The notes under the pieces are model-generated. The model was not told the origin of the DNA. It saw nothing but the letters and a program-made list of their open reading frames with translations, and did not search any database. From Chloroflexota bacterium (GTDB taxonomy: Bacteria; Chloroflexota; Limnocylindria; Limnocylindrales; CSP1-4), in NCBI GenBank assembly GCA_030447745.1, contig JAUJOH010000006.1, forward strand, positions 68,217-132,216: 64,000 nt of DNA. The letters are read 5' to 3'. Shown one piece after another: positions 1-9,329 of the stretch. The translations under genes and the position numbers were made by a program. Within the stretch, counting starts at the first letter, position 1. Each line of letters begins with the position of its first letter.

Positions 1-554
1 CGAGCGTCCGGTGCGCCCAGACCTCGATCAGCCGGCGGACCCGAGCAAGCGGGATCGAGCCCATGGTCGCCTCGTGCTCCGGCGTGTAGACGACGACCTC
101 GCAGGCCCCGAACGACGGCTCGACGGGCGTGACGTCCGTGCCCTCGACCGCCGGCGGCTCCGGGTCCGCCCGGAGGGACGGAAACCGGTTGTCGAAGACC
201 GCCACCTCGTAGGTCGGCCGGGGGATCTCCGTTTCCATGCCGCCCGGCCGGGTCGGGCAGAGCGGGCAGTACTCCCTGGGCGGCAGGAAGGTGCGGTCCT
301 GGCGGTGCGTGGCCGTGATCGTCCACTCGCGCAGGACCGGGTTCCAGCGCCGCTCAGACACCAGGCTGCTCCTCGGCATCCGGGCCCGCTGCCGGATCGC
401 CACCGCCAGCCCTGGGCTCCGCGTCGCGCACCGGCACGCCGGTGTCGGCGGGCACCGGCCACGTGTAGAGGTGGAGCAGCCGCCCGTCCGCCTTGGTGAC
501 CGTCTCGAGCTGGAACTCCCCGAACGGCTGACCGGCGCCGATCTCGTCGCTCAC
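1..554 (-). CDS. galT: galactose-1-phosphate uridylyltransferase (type-2 GalT). The 3' end runs off the window, and there is an apparent +1 frame disruption near 355-400.
   Basis: The reverse translation of 1-361 reads SERRWNPVLREWTITATHRQDRTFLPPREYCPLCPTRPGG...EVVVYTPEHEATMG, a GalT-type core with a CPxCP motif. ORF 354..554 (GTG start) supplies a GalT-like N-terminus (TKADGRLLHLYTW) but in a different frame. Confidence 0.8.
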
Positions 555-656
555 GACCGGGATGCTGCGGCGACCGCCCGCGCCACGCCCCGGCTGACGT
601 CCGGATCGGTCACCGCGGCGCGATGGCGGCGGTCACCGGATCGATCCCCAGATCCG

Positions 657-1775
657 TCACGGGACGGGCTGTGGTTCCGCCTCCGGGCCGTCGACCCGGA
701 CCTTGCCGTCCTCGATGATCAGCTCGTCGATCCAGAGGGAGCGGGTCCCCCCGATCTGGTCGCCGACCAGGGCCACGTCCCAGGCGTGGTAGACCATCCA
801 GAGGTCGCCGTCGTCGTCCTCGATGATCGACTGGTGACCGGGTCCGGCCGCCTGCCCGGCCGGCGAGCCGACGGGGGCCGTCGTGGTCAGGATCGGGTTC
901 TCCGGGGCGTCCGTGTACGGCCCCAGCAGGTCCTCGGACGTCGCGTAGCCGACGGCGTAGTTGCGCGTGTTGTAGCCGTTGGCGGAGTAGAACAGGAAGT
1001 ACGTGCCGTCGTGGAGGAGAAGCGTCGGAGCCTCCACCAGGTCGCGCTCCCAGGCGCTGTCGTTCTTCGCGCCGAGGTCGTGGACCTCGCCGGTCACCGT
1101 CAGCCCGTCATCACTCAGCTGCTGGGCGTAGATCTTCGTCGGCATCCCGCAGCAGTTGCCGTCGTTCTTCCAGAGCAGCCACTTCGTGCCGTCCTGGTCG
1201 ACGAAGGGATGGGAATCGATCGATCCGCCCAGGTCGTACTGGCAGAGAAGCGGCCCGTCGCTGTCGTCGACGAACGGACCCTCCGGCTCCTCCGCGACTG
1301 CCACCGCCAGGCACTGCTTGCCGGCCTGGACGTCCCGCGCGGTGTAGTGCATGACGAACCCGGCCGACGTCTCGATGACCTCCGGTGCCCAGGTCAGGCC
1401 CTTCGACGTCGGCTGCCACTGGGGCAGGTCGCGGAGCGCTTCCTTCGGTGCGCTCCACTCCACCAGGTCCTCCGACGTCGCCACCTGCAGGTTGTAGGTG
1501 AGGTTGCCGGTCGCGTAGGCGTAGTAAGTGTCGTCGACCTTCAGCACGAACGGGTCGGCGAAGTAGCGCTCCAGGACGGGGTTGGTGAAGGCCCCCTCGC
1601 CGGCGGAGGCGGCTGGCGCCGACGCCGACGCGTCCGCCGGCGCGGACGCTCCGGACGGGGGCGCGACGGAGCGGGTCAGGCTCGCAGCCGGCGTCCCGCC
1701 GCCGCCGGCGCAGCCGGCGAGCAGCGAGATCACCACGAACGCCGCCAGCTGCCCGCGGAAGCGCAGACTCGTCAC
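657..1775 (-). CDS. glycoside hydrolase family 43 lipoprotein (arabinanase/xylosidase-type)
   Basis: 372-aa ORF with a lipobox signal peptide (LLAGCAGG). The GH43 N-terminal signature NPVLERYFADPFVLKVDDTYYAYATG and a WAPEV motif are present. Confidence 0.85.
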   Translation of the reverse strand: MTSLRFRGQLAAFVVISLLAGCAGGGGTPAASLTRSVAPPSGASAPADASASAPAASAGEGAFTNPVLERYFADPFVLKVDDTYYAYATGNLTYNLQVATSEDLVEWSAPKEALRDLPQWQPTSKGLTWAPEVIETSAGFVMHYTARDVQAGKQCLAVAVAEEPEGPFVDDSDGPLLCQYDLGGSIDSHPFVDQDGTKWLLWKNDGNCCGMPTKIYAQQLSDDGLTVTGEVHDLGAKNDSAWERDLVEAPTLLLHDGTYFLFYSANGYNTRNYAVGYATSEDLLGPYTDAPENPILTTTAPVGSPAGQAAGPGHQSIIEDDDGDLWMVYHAWDVALVGDQIGGTRSLWIDELIIEDGKVRVDGPEAEPQPVP

Positions 1776-1836
1776 CGTCCGGCCACCGCCGACCGCCAGT
1801 CCCCGTCGGGGGAGTGGCTCGCGCGGACGTTAATCA

Positions 1837-2721
1837 TCAGCCCTTGATGCCGGAGGACGCGACGCTCTGCACGATGTAGCGCTGGAGGAGCAGGTACAGG
1901 GCGAGCACCGGCAGCGCGGCCACGACCGCACCGGCCATGATCAGCCCGGGGTCGCCGGTGAACTGGCGCTGGAGGAGCCGAAGACCGGCCGGCAGCGGGC
2001 AGTTGTTCTGGCAGACGATGACCGGCCACAGGTAGTCGTTCCAGAAGGCCAGGAAGGTGATGACGGACAGCGTGGCGAGGGCGGGGCCGGCCAGCGGCAG
2101 CGCCACCGAGGCGAAGGTCCGGAGCCGGTTGGCGCCGTCGACGTACGCTGCCTCCTCGAGCTCGACCGGGATGCCGAGGAAGAACTGGCGCATGAAGAAC
2201 AGGCCGAAGACGCCGGCCAGGCCGGGCAGCATGAACGCCGGCAACGTGTCGTAGAGGCCCATCATGCCGACCAGCCGGTACTGCGGAACCAGGAACATGA
2301 CGCTGGGCAGGACGAGCGTCGTGACCAGCAGGCCGAACAGCGCGTTCTTGAGCGGGAAGTCGATGCGGGCAAACGCGTAGGCGGACAGCGAGGTCAGGAC
2401 GAGCGTCAGCGCCGTGCCGATGATCGACACGATCGCGCTGTTCGTGAACCACTTGACGAACGTCGCCTGGCCGCCGAAGAGCGCGTTGTAGTTCTCGAGG
2501 CCGGGATCGCGCGGGATGATCCCGGGGTCCGTGAAGACCTCCGTGCTGAACTTCAGCGAGGCACCGACGACGACGACGATCGGCAGCAGGAAGAAGACGG
2601 CGATCAGGGTCAGCAGCAGGTACAGCAGCGGGCGCCCCAGCCCCGCCTTGCGACGCGTTCCAACGGCTTGCAGCTCGACGGGCTGATCGCGATCGAGGCC
2701 GCGATCCAGTGCAGTTGCCAT
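1837..2721 (-). CDS. carbohydrate ABC transporter permease (MalG-like)
   Basis: 294-aa multi-TM ORF with an EAA-loop-like LEEAAYVDGANRLRTF. It lies adjacent to a second permease and a binding protein. Confidence 0.9.
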   Translation of the reverse strand: MATALDRGLDRDQPVELQAVGTRRKAGLGRPLLYLLLTLIAVFFLLPIVVVVGASLKFSTEVFTDPGIIPRDPGLENYNALFGGQATFVKWFTNSAIVSIIGTALTLVLTSLSAYAFARIDFPLKNALFGLLVTTLVLPSVMFLVPQYRLVGMMGLYDTLPAFMLPGLAGVFGLFFMRQFFLGIPVELEEAAYVDGANRLRTFASVALPLAGPALATLSVITFLAFWNDYLWPVIVCQNNCPLPAGLRLLQRQFTGDPGLIMAGAVVAALPVLALYLLLQRYIVQSVASSGIKG

Positions 2722-2731
2722 CGCGTGCCTC

Positions 2732-3718
2732 CTAGCTCCGCTCGGAGCTGAACAGCCGGAAGTTGACGATCGAGACGACGACCATGATCGCCGCCACGAC
2801 GAGCGCCATGGCCGCGGCGAGGCTCAGCTCACGCCGACCCTGGAACCCCGTGTTGTAGACGTGGAGCAGGACGGGTGTCGTCTCACCACCCAGCGTGCTC
2901 GGTGGGCCGCCACCGGTCATCAGCTGGGGTTGGCCCACGAGCTGGAACGAGGCGATGATCTGGAGCGTCACGACGAGCAGGAGGATCGGCCGCAGGCTCG
3001 GCAGGGTGATGAACCGGAACTGCTGCCACTTGCTCGCCCCGTCGACCGCGGCTGCCTCGTAGAGGTCCGCCGAGATCCCCTGCATGCCGGCGAGGAAGAT
3101 GATCGTGTTGAAGCCGATCGTCCACCACAGCGTCGCCACCAGGATCGAGATCCAGGCCCACGGGTTCGAGGCCAACCAGTTGGGGCTCGAGCCGAGCGTG
3201 TCGCGCAACAGGAGCGTGACGAAGCCCGCGTTGCCGTTGAACATCCACCACCAGATCAGGCCGACGACGGAGACGGACAGCGTCCAGGGCACGAAGTAGA
3301 TGCCGCGGAAGACGTTCCGGCCGCGCAGCCGCTGGTTGAGCAGGCTGGCCAGGAAAAGACCGGCCGCCACCAGGAGCGGGGTGCTCAGCAGGACGAAGAT
3401 GACCGTGTTCCAGACGGTGTTCCAGAACCGGCCGAACTGGAGGCTCTCCGGGTCGAAGAGCTGCTGGTACCAGCGCAACCCGACGAACGGGCCGGCCCGG
3501 CCGCCGAACCAGTCGTGGAGGCTGATGTAGATCCCGAAGAAGAACGGGAACAGGATGAAGACCGCGAACAGGATGAAATGGGGCGCGATGAACGCGTACG
3601 GGGTGAAGGGCCTCTCGCCGATCCGCCGGCGAACGTCCTTGCGCGGCGCCTTCGGCTTTCGGTTGAGCAGCCGGTCCAGCCCGCTCTTCCGTCGCGGCTC
3701 GACGGCGATCGAGGTCAT
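2732..3718 (-). CDS. carbohydrate ABC transporter permease (MalF-like)
   Basis: 328-aa multi-TM ORF with the EAA loop LYEAAAVDGASKWQQFRFITLP. Confidence 0.9.
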   Translation of the reverse strand: MTSIAVEPRRKSGLDRLLNRKPKAPRKDVRRRIGERPFTPYAFIAPHFILFAVFILFPFFFGIYISLHDWFGGRAGPFVGLRWYQQLFDPESLQFGRFWNTVWNTVIFVLLSTPLLVAAGLFLASLLNQRLRGRNVFRGIYFVPWTLSVSVVGLIWWWMFNGNAGFVTLLLRDTLGSSPNWLASNPWAWISILVATLWWTIGFNTIIFLAGMQGISADLYEAAAVDGASKWQQFRFITLPSLRPILLLVVTLQIIASFQLVGQPQLMTGGGPPSTLGGETTPVLLHVYNTGFQGRRELSLAAAMALVVAAIMVVVSIVNFRLFSSERS

Positions 3719-3805
3719 CCTCGCCCTCCTAGCTCTCTCCCCTGGAGCGGGATAGACGCGACGGGGGCGACCCGTTGGGCCGCCCCCGTCGTCGCGTGCC
3801 CCGGC

Positions 3806-5323
3806 CTAGAAGCCGTAGCGCTCCTTGGCCTGGAGCAGGGCCTGGGTGTTCGCCTGTGCGGCGTTGTCGAGTGCCTGTTTGGCATCGGCGCCGTTGATCA
3901 CCAGGGTGGCCGCCTCGCCGGCGCCGTTGGCGACGAAGAGGATGTCGCCGCCGCCCGGGATGGTCGGCAGGAACTGGACGCTCTCGGCCATCGGCACGAT
4001 CTGGGCGATGATCGGAAGAAGGCCCTCTTCCGACTCGGCGACCTGCTCACGCACCTCGTTCCGCGCGGGGATCTGCCCACCGGCGCCCCAGGCGAGCGAG
4101 TTGCGCGAGAACCAGTCGATGAAGTAGTAGGCGCACTGCTGGGTGTTCGGATCGGCCTGGCCGGCGGTCGTGACCGCCAGCTGGTGAGAGCCGCCCCAGG
4201 TGCCGGGTCCGAAGATCTCCGGCACGGGCGCGACCCCGAGATCCTCACCGAGGGCCTCGCTGTAGCGGGTCGTCTCCCAGATGCCTGACATGACCATCGC
4301 GTTCTGGCCCTGCTGGAACGCGTTGATCTCCGCGTCGCTCTCGACCTTCGGCACGCCGAGGTCGTTGACGAGGTGGGCGAGGTACTGGGCCGCCTGGACG
4401 CCGGCCTCGCTGTTGATCGTGACCTCGGTCAGGTCCTCGTTGGTCCACTCGCCGCCGCCCTGGTAGAAGAGCGTCGCCCACTGGATGCCGGCGAGGAAGT
4501 TCGCGCCCGGGCCGCTGGCGACCATCTGGTAGCCGTCCGCCTCGGTGTTCTCGTTGACGGCCGTGATGGCCGCCTCGAACGACTCCTGATCGTCCGGCGG
4601 GCTCTCGGGATCGAGGCCGGCCTCCTCGAACAGGGCCTTGTTGTAGTAGAAGACCATCGGGTGCGTGTCGATCGGGATGCCGACCCGCTGGTCCTTCCAG
4701 AGCCCGGCGTTCCAGATCGCCTCGGGGAACATGTCGGGCCCGTAGCCGCCCTGCTCCACGAAGTCGTCGATCGGGGCGACGATCCCGTTCTCGACCAGCT
4801 GGGGCAGTGCGTCATAGCCCGCGGCGATGACGTGCGGCAGCTGGTTCGCCGACATGGCGGCCTCCAGACGCGGGATGTACTCCGCGCCCGGCTGCGTCTG
4901 GACCGTGACCTGGCAGGTCGGCGTCTCAGCGTTGAAGTCCTCGACGATCTGGTTGAAGAAGTTGCCGTCAGGACCCGTGAAGGGGTTCCAGAGGGTCAGC
5001 TCGACGTTCTCCGTCGGCGCCGTGAAGGCGCCCTCGCCGCCGCTCGCTGTCGGGCTCCCGCCCGTGTCGGCGCTGCCCGCGGCGCTCGCGCTGGGCTCGC
5101 CGCTGCCGCCGGGGCTGGCAGGGGCGCTGCCGCCGACGCTCGCAGGGGCGCTGGCAGGGGCGCTGGCCGGGCCGCTGGGGCTCGGCGTCTGGCCCCCGCC
5201 GCCGCATGCGCCAACCGCAAGCGACAACGCGAGCCCAACGGCGCCGACGGTCGCGATGCGACCCGTCCGTCCGGACGCCCTCCCGGGCGCGGGCGCAATC
5301 AAGTGGAACTCACTGACGTCCAC
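3806..5323 (-). CDS. extracellular sugar-binding lipoprotein of the ABC transporter
   Basis: Family-1 solute-binding protein sequence with lipobox LAVGACGG and an S/P/A-rich linker. The start is placed at GTG 5323, preceded by GGAGGAG; the listed ORF extends to 5458. Confidence 0.85.
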   Translation of the reverse strand: MDVSEFHLIAPAPGRASGRTGRIATVGAVGLALSLAVGACGGGGQTPSPSGPASAPASAPASVGGSAPASPGGSGEPSASAAGSADTGGSPTASGGEGAFTAPTENVELTLWNPFTGPDGNFFNQIVEDFNAETPTCQVTVQTQPGAEYIPRLEAAMSANQLPHVIAAGYDALPQLVENGIVAPIDDFVEQGGYGPDMFPEAIWNAGLWKDQRVGIPIDTHPMVFYYNKALFEEAGLDPESPPDDQESFEAAITAVNENTEADGYQMVASGPGANFLAGIQWATLFYQGGGEWTNEDLTEVTINSEAGVQAAQYLAHLVNDLGVPKVESDAEINAFQQGQNAMVMSGIWETTRYSEALGEDLGVAPVPEIFGPGTWGGSHQLAVTTAGQADPNTQQCAYYFIDWFSRNSLAWGAGGQIPARNEVREQVAESEEGLLPIIAQIVPMAESVQFLPTIPGGGDILFVANGAGEAATLVINGADAKQALDNAAQANTQALLQAKERYGF

Positions 5324-5688
5324 GTAGTCTCCTCCTTCGGCTCGCCGCCGCCCCACGGCGGACGGACGGGGCCATGAGCCGCAAGCGTTGGAGATGGGCG
5401 TGTCCGGCGCCATCCGGCGTACCCAACGGCGCATTGCGGTGACGTTGCACTCCGGCAATGAAGAGGTCGTCCGGTCGTGATTCAGGCAGGATTTGCTGGA
5501 GTGATGCGGGTGAACATATCACCGACCGTCAAGTGCGGGACGGAGCCGAAGGGGTTGCCCCGCGGCGTATCGTGGCGACGGTGACCGCCCTCGCACGCAT
5601 CAGGCCGGCCCGGGAGACGACGGACCGCCCCGTCGCCCGGAAGAGCTTCCACGTCGACGCCCGGACCTCCGACGGGAGGGGGCTCGAG

Positions 5689-6576
5689 ATGCTCAAGGCG
5701 CTCGGCAACGAGACCCGCATCGCCATCCTGCGCTACCTCGGGGATCGGCTGACGCCGGTGAACCAGATCGCGCAGGACCTGCATCTCCCGCCGTCGACCG
5801 CGACGATGCACATTGCGGTGCTCGAACGGGCTGGGCTCCTGCACAGCGAGATGCGACCCGCCAGCCGCGGGCTCCAGAAGGTCTGCGCGAGGACGTACGA
5901 CGAGCTCGTCATCGATCTGCCACGCGGCCCGCACCACACCCGCAACGCCGTCGAGCTGAGCACGGCGATCGGGGGCTACTCGCAGTTCGAGGTGGAGCCG
6001 ACCTGCGGGCTCGCGTCCCGAGACGGCCTGATCGGCTACCTCGACGACCCCAACACCTTCTACGAGCCGGACCGGCTCGGCGCGCAGCTGCTGTGGTTCC
6101 GGTCGGGCTACGTGGAGTACCGTTTTCCGAACCGCGTCCCGCCCGCGGCACGGCTGCTGTCGCTCCAGCTGACCGCGGAGGTCGGCAGCGAGGCCCCGTT
6201 GCACGACTCCGACTGGCCGAGCGACATCAGCGTCTGGGTCAACGACGTGCATCTCGGCGAGTGGACGTGCCCCGGCGACTTCGGCGGTGCGCGTGGCCGC
6301 CTCACGCCGGCCTGGTGGGAGGAGAAGGACTCCCAGTACGGCGTCCTCAAGCGTTGGCGCGTCTCCGACGCGGGCTCGACCATCGACGGCCTCGTCCTGT
6401 CGGCGGTCGGGCTGGACGCCCTCGACCTGCGGCCGGGCCAGCCGATCCGGATCAGGATCGGCGTCCGCCGGGACGCGCAGCTGGTTGGCGGGATCAACCT
6501 GTTCGGGCGCGAGTTCGGAAACTATCCCGAGGACATCGGCGTTCGTCTCGAGTACGACACGGACCCGCCGGGCTGA
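5689..6576 (+). CDS. ArsR-family HTH regulator with a roughly 200-aa C-terminal beta-rich domain of unknown function
   Basis: The N-terminus LKALGNETRIAILRYLGDRLTPVNQIAQDLHLPPSTATMHIAVLERAGLL is a winged-helix ArsR/SmtB motif. ATG 5689 is preceded by GGGAGGGGG. Confidence 0.75.
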   Translation: MLKALGNETRIAILRYLGDRLTPVNQIAQDLHLPPSTATMHIAVLERAGLLHSEMRPASRGLQKVCARTYDELVIDLPRGPHHTRNAVELSTAIGGYSQFEVEPTCGLASRDGLIGYLDDPNTFYEPDRLGAQLLWFRSGYVEYRFPNRVPPAARLLSLQLTAEVGSEAPLHDSDWPSDISVWVNDVHLGEWTCPGDFGGARGRLTPAWWEEKDSQYGVLKRWRVSDAGSTIDGLVLSAVGLDALDLRPGQPIRIRIGVRRDAQLVGGINLFGREFGNYPEDIGVRLEYDTDPPG

Positions 6577-6782
6577 CGCGGCGGGCGGTTGAGCGGCGAC
6601 GGCTGCAATGTCCGGCGACCCGGCTGCGAGCGGGACGTTGCCCGGTTTGTTACGCGGTTGAAGCGGTGTCCGGCGAGCATGAACGACGCAGGCGACCGGC
6701 CGTGGCCCGGAATCAGCTGATCGAGCCGCGACCACCTGTCCGCTCCAGGTGGTGCCCCGGCTCGGGAGGAGGAGAGGTCCGG

Positions 6783-8654
6783 ATGGTTCCGTCCGACGCC
6801 GCACGCGCCCCGTCCCGCCGAGTGGTGAGCCGCCTCCTGGCGGGCCTCGTTGGACTCGCTCTGCTCTTCCCGCTCACAGCGGCCGCGGCGACCGGCACGT
6901 ACCGCAACCCGATCCTCCCCGAGATCCCGGGCGATGGCGTCGTCGAGAGCTGCGCGGACCCGACGGTGATCCAGGGCCAGGAGGGCGAGACGGAGCGGTC
7001 GCTCGGCATCGGCAGCAGCCGCGAGCTCGTGTGGTTCATGTACTGCACGACCGATCCGCTCAACGACGAGGACCGGAACGCTTCCGGCGACCTGAACTTC
7101 CACATGATCCCGATGTTCACGTCGACCGACCTCGTGAACTGGACCTACCGCGGCGACGCCTTCACGACGCGGCCCGGCTGGGTTGCCGACGATGTCGGCA
7201 TGTGGGCGCCGGAGATCGCCTACTTCAACGACCAGTACTACCTCTACTACACGGCCCCATGGACGGACGTCGGCGGCAGCGCCATCGGCGTCGCCACCAG
7301 TGACTCGCCGCTCGGGCCGTGGGTCGACAGCGGCGACCCGGTCGTCGATCCGATCTGCACGCCCGGCTGTCAGTGGGTGTTCGACCCCGAGGTCAACGTC
7401 GACGAGAACGGGGTCCGGTGGATCTTCTTCGGCAGCTACTTCGGCGGCATCCGGGCGCGCCAGCTCTCGGCGGACGGCACGGAGTCGAACCCGGCGACGC
7501 AGCGCCAGATCACCATCGACAACCGCTACGAGGGCGCCGAAGTCGTCCTCCGCGACGGCTGGTATTACCTGTTCGTCTCCGCCTCGAACTGCTGCGCCGG
7601 GCCGCTGACCGGGTACGGCGTCTTCGTCGGCCGGTCGCGCAGCCTGCTCGGGCCGTACGTCGACCAGGAGGGCGCATCGCTCCTCGACCAGGAGGTCGGC
7701 GGGACGCCGGTCATCTACCAGAACGGCAACCGGTGGGTCGGGACGGGCCACAACACGGTCTTCCAGGACCTCGACGGCCAGTGGTGGACGATCTACCACG
7801 CGGTCGACGTCCAGGACCCGTACTTCGAGGGCGCTGTCGGCTTCACGAAGCGACCGATCCTGCTCGATGCGATCGACTGGGTGAACGGCTGGCCGACCCT
7901 CAACGGCGGGTCCGGGCCGTCCGACACGCCGCAGCAGGCGCCCGCGGCGCAGCCGGGCGAGGACACCAACCATCGGGCGAAGATCGCGCGAGCCGACCGG
8001 CTCGGGAAGCTGATCTGGGCCGACGAGTTCAACGACACGACGGTGTCCGGTGAGTGGCACTGGGTCCGTGAGCCGAACGGGACGGAGGCTGGCGGTTACC
8101 TGACCATGGACGTGCAGCGGGCCGACCTGTATGTCGACTCGAACTCGGCCTCGATCCTGCTGCGCGATGCGCCGTCGGGCAACTGGGCCGTCGAGACCAG
8201 GGTTCGGCTCAACGTGCCGGACGGCTGCTGCTTCAACTACGCCCAGGCCGGCCTCGTCGTGTACGACGACGACGACAACTTCATCAAGCTCGTGGAGTTC
8301 GCGCTCTGGAACACGCGGCAGTCGGAGTTCGCCAAGGAGGTTGGGCCGGTTCCCGAGGGCTACCAGCGGTACGGCAACATGGTGGCCGGCCCCGTCGGCG
8401 ACGAGTGGACCTATCTCCGGATAGTCCACCGCACCTCCGGCTCGCAGAAGGCCGGCGGCACGTACGGCGGAAGCGAGCGGTACACGGTCTACACCAGCCG
8501 CGACGGTGTGACGTGGACGCGCGGCGGCACGTGGGCGCACCGCCTGGGGTCGGACGTCGAGATCGGCCTCGTCGCGATGGGCCTCGGCGGCAGCGTCCCG
8601 GGCGAGTACACCGCCGACTTCGACTACGTGCGGGTCTACAAGATCCACCGCTAG
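6783..8654 (+). CDS. secreted GH43 glycoside hydrolase with a C-terminal concanavalin/LamG-like domain
   Basis: ATG 6783 follows GGGAGGAGGAGAGG and is followed by a signal peptide. GH43 core motifs are present (YRNPILPE, CADPTV, MWAPEI, DGWYYLFVS). The C-terminus NWAVETRVRLNV...GLVVYDDDDNFIKL resembles a GH43_C2/DUF1349-like beta-sandwich. Confidence 0.85.
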   Translation: MVPSDAARAPSRRVVSRLLAGLVGLALLFPLTAAAATGTYRNPILPEIPGDGVVESCADPTVIQGQEGETERSLGIGSSRELVWFMYCTTDPLNDEDRNASGDLNFHMIPMFTSTDLVNWTYRGDAFTTRPGWVADDVGMWAPEIAYFNDQYYLYYTAPWTDVGGSAIGVATSDSPLGPWVDSGDPVVDPICTPGCQWVFDPEVNVDENGVRWIFFGSYFGGIRARQLSADGTESNPATQRQITIDNRYEGAEVVLRDGWYYLFVSASNCCAGPLTGYGVFVGRSRSLLGPYVDQEGASLLDQEVGGTPVIYQNGNRWVGTGHNTVFQDLDGQWWTIYHAVDVQDPYFEGAVGFTKRPILLDAIDWVNGWPTLNGGSGPSDTPQQAPAAQPGEDTNHRAKIARADRLGKLIWADEFNDTTVSGEWHWVREPNGTEAGGYLTMDVQRADLYVDSNSASILLRDAPSGNWAVETRVRLNVPDGCCFNYAQAGLVVYDDDDNFIKLVEFALWNTRQSEFAKEVGPVPEGYQRYGNMVAGPVGDEWTYLRIVHRTSGSQKAGGTYGGSERYTVYTSRDGVTWTRGGTWAHRLGSDVEIGLVAMGLGGSVPGEYTADFDYVRVYKIHR

Positions 8655-8674
8655 GGACGCCGCTGACGCGGGCC

Positions 8675-8707
8675 GGGGCCGCCGCCACCTCCTCCGGTGG
8701 CGGCCCC
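8675..8707 (+). terminator. GC-rich hairpin downstream of the GH43 gene (putative intrinsic terminator, no U tract)
   Basis: GGGGCCGCC(GCC)ACC-tcctcc-GGTGGCGGCCCC lies 20 nt after the stop codon. Confidence 0.4.
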
Positions 8708-9016
8708 GTCGCCTCCTCCCTGGACGGGCGGCGACCGCCAGCGGTTGCCTGCCCCGACGAAGCGGCGCCGGATCGCGTTTTCGCCGACACCTCGTGGAGG
8801 AGCTCGGCACGGGTGGCGGGCGGTGGAGCGGTCGCCGGCGCCGGTCGGGCGACCTTCTCGAACGGCGGCCCGCGCGCCGATATTCTCGCCAAGCATGCAA
8901 TCCTCCTCGTGGGGCGAGTCGAGGCCACCCATGCGCCGCCGGACTGCAAGGTCGTCGGAACCAGCGGTGCAGCTCGACCCGGCCGCCTCGCCACGCGTGG
9001 CGATGCCCGATCGTGG

Positions 9017-9079
9017 CACGAGCCACGAGCCACGAGCCACGAGCCACGAGCCACGAGCCACGAGCCACGAGCCACGAAC
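9017..9079. repeat. contiguous heptanucleotide array, (CACGAGC)x8 plus one degenerate unit
   Basis: Read directly from the sequence: cacgagc repeated head-to-tail from 9017, with the last unit cacgaac. It is flanked by an inverted partial unit (tcgtgg, 9011-9016) and the palindrome ACGTGGCCACGT at 9107-9118. Confidence 0.95.
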
Positions 9080-9329
9080 AAATGTCCTACGAGTCCGTTG
9101 GCGAATACGTGGCCACGTTGAAGCCCGGCCCGGCGGTTACGAGTCTCCCGGCGCATCGCTGACGATCAGCGGCGACCGAGCAGGCGGGGCGCGACGGCGT
9201 GTCGCACCGCGTCCGCCAAGGTCGCGCTCGCGCCTCGGCGGACTCACCACCCGGATCGCGGCCTTGCGCCGCTGGTTTTGTTGGCTCTCCGGTGCACCTG
9301 CGCTGTGGGCGCACGACGTCGCGGTCGGC

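Noticed and set aside
6522-9068. Very long antisense or alternative-frame ORFs, for example 6522..9068 (-), 5482..6804 (-), 26025..27995 (-), 43171..45666 (-), 41209..42873 (-), 15326..16867 (-) and 49442..50977 (-).
   Set aside because: Their translations are Arg/Pro/Gly/Ala-rich with no recognisable motifs. Each lies opposite or out of frame to a gene with clear family signatures. Stop-free shadow frames of this kind are expected at about 72% GC.
8993-9080. The heptad array read as coding sequence, (TSHEPRA)x3, within ORF 8697..10181 or 8794..9162.
   Set aside because: The surrounding ORF translations are junk-like. ORF 8697..10181 overlaps the well-supported minus-strand gene 9330..10115, and there is no credible start or RBS. 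The array is treated as non-coding.
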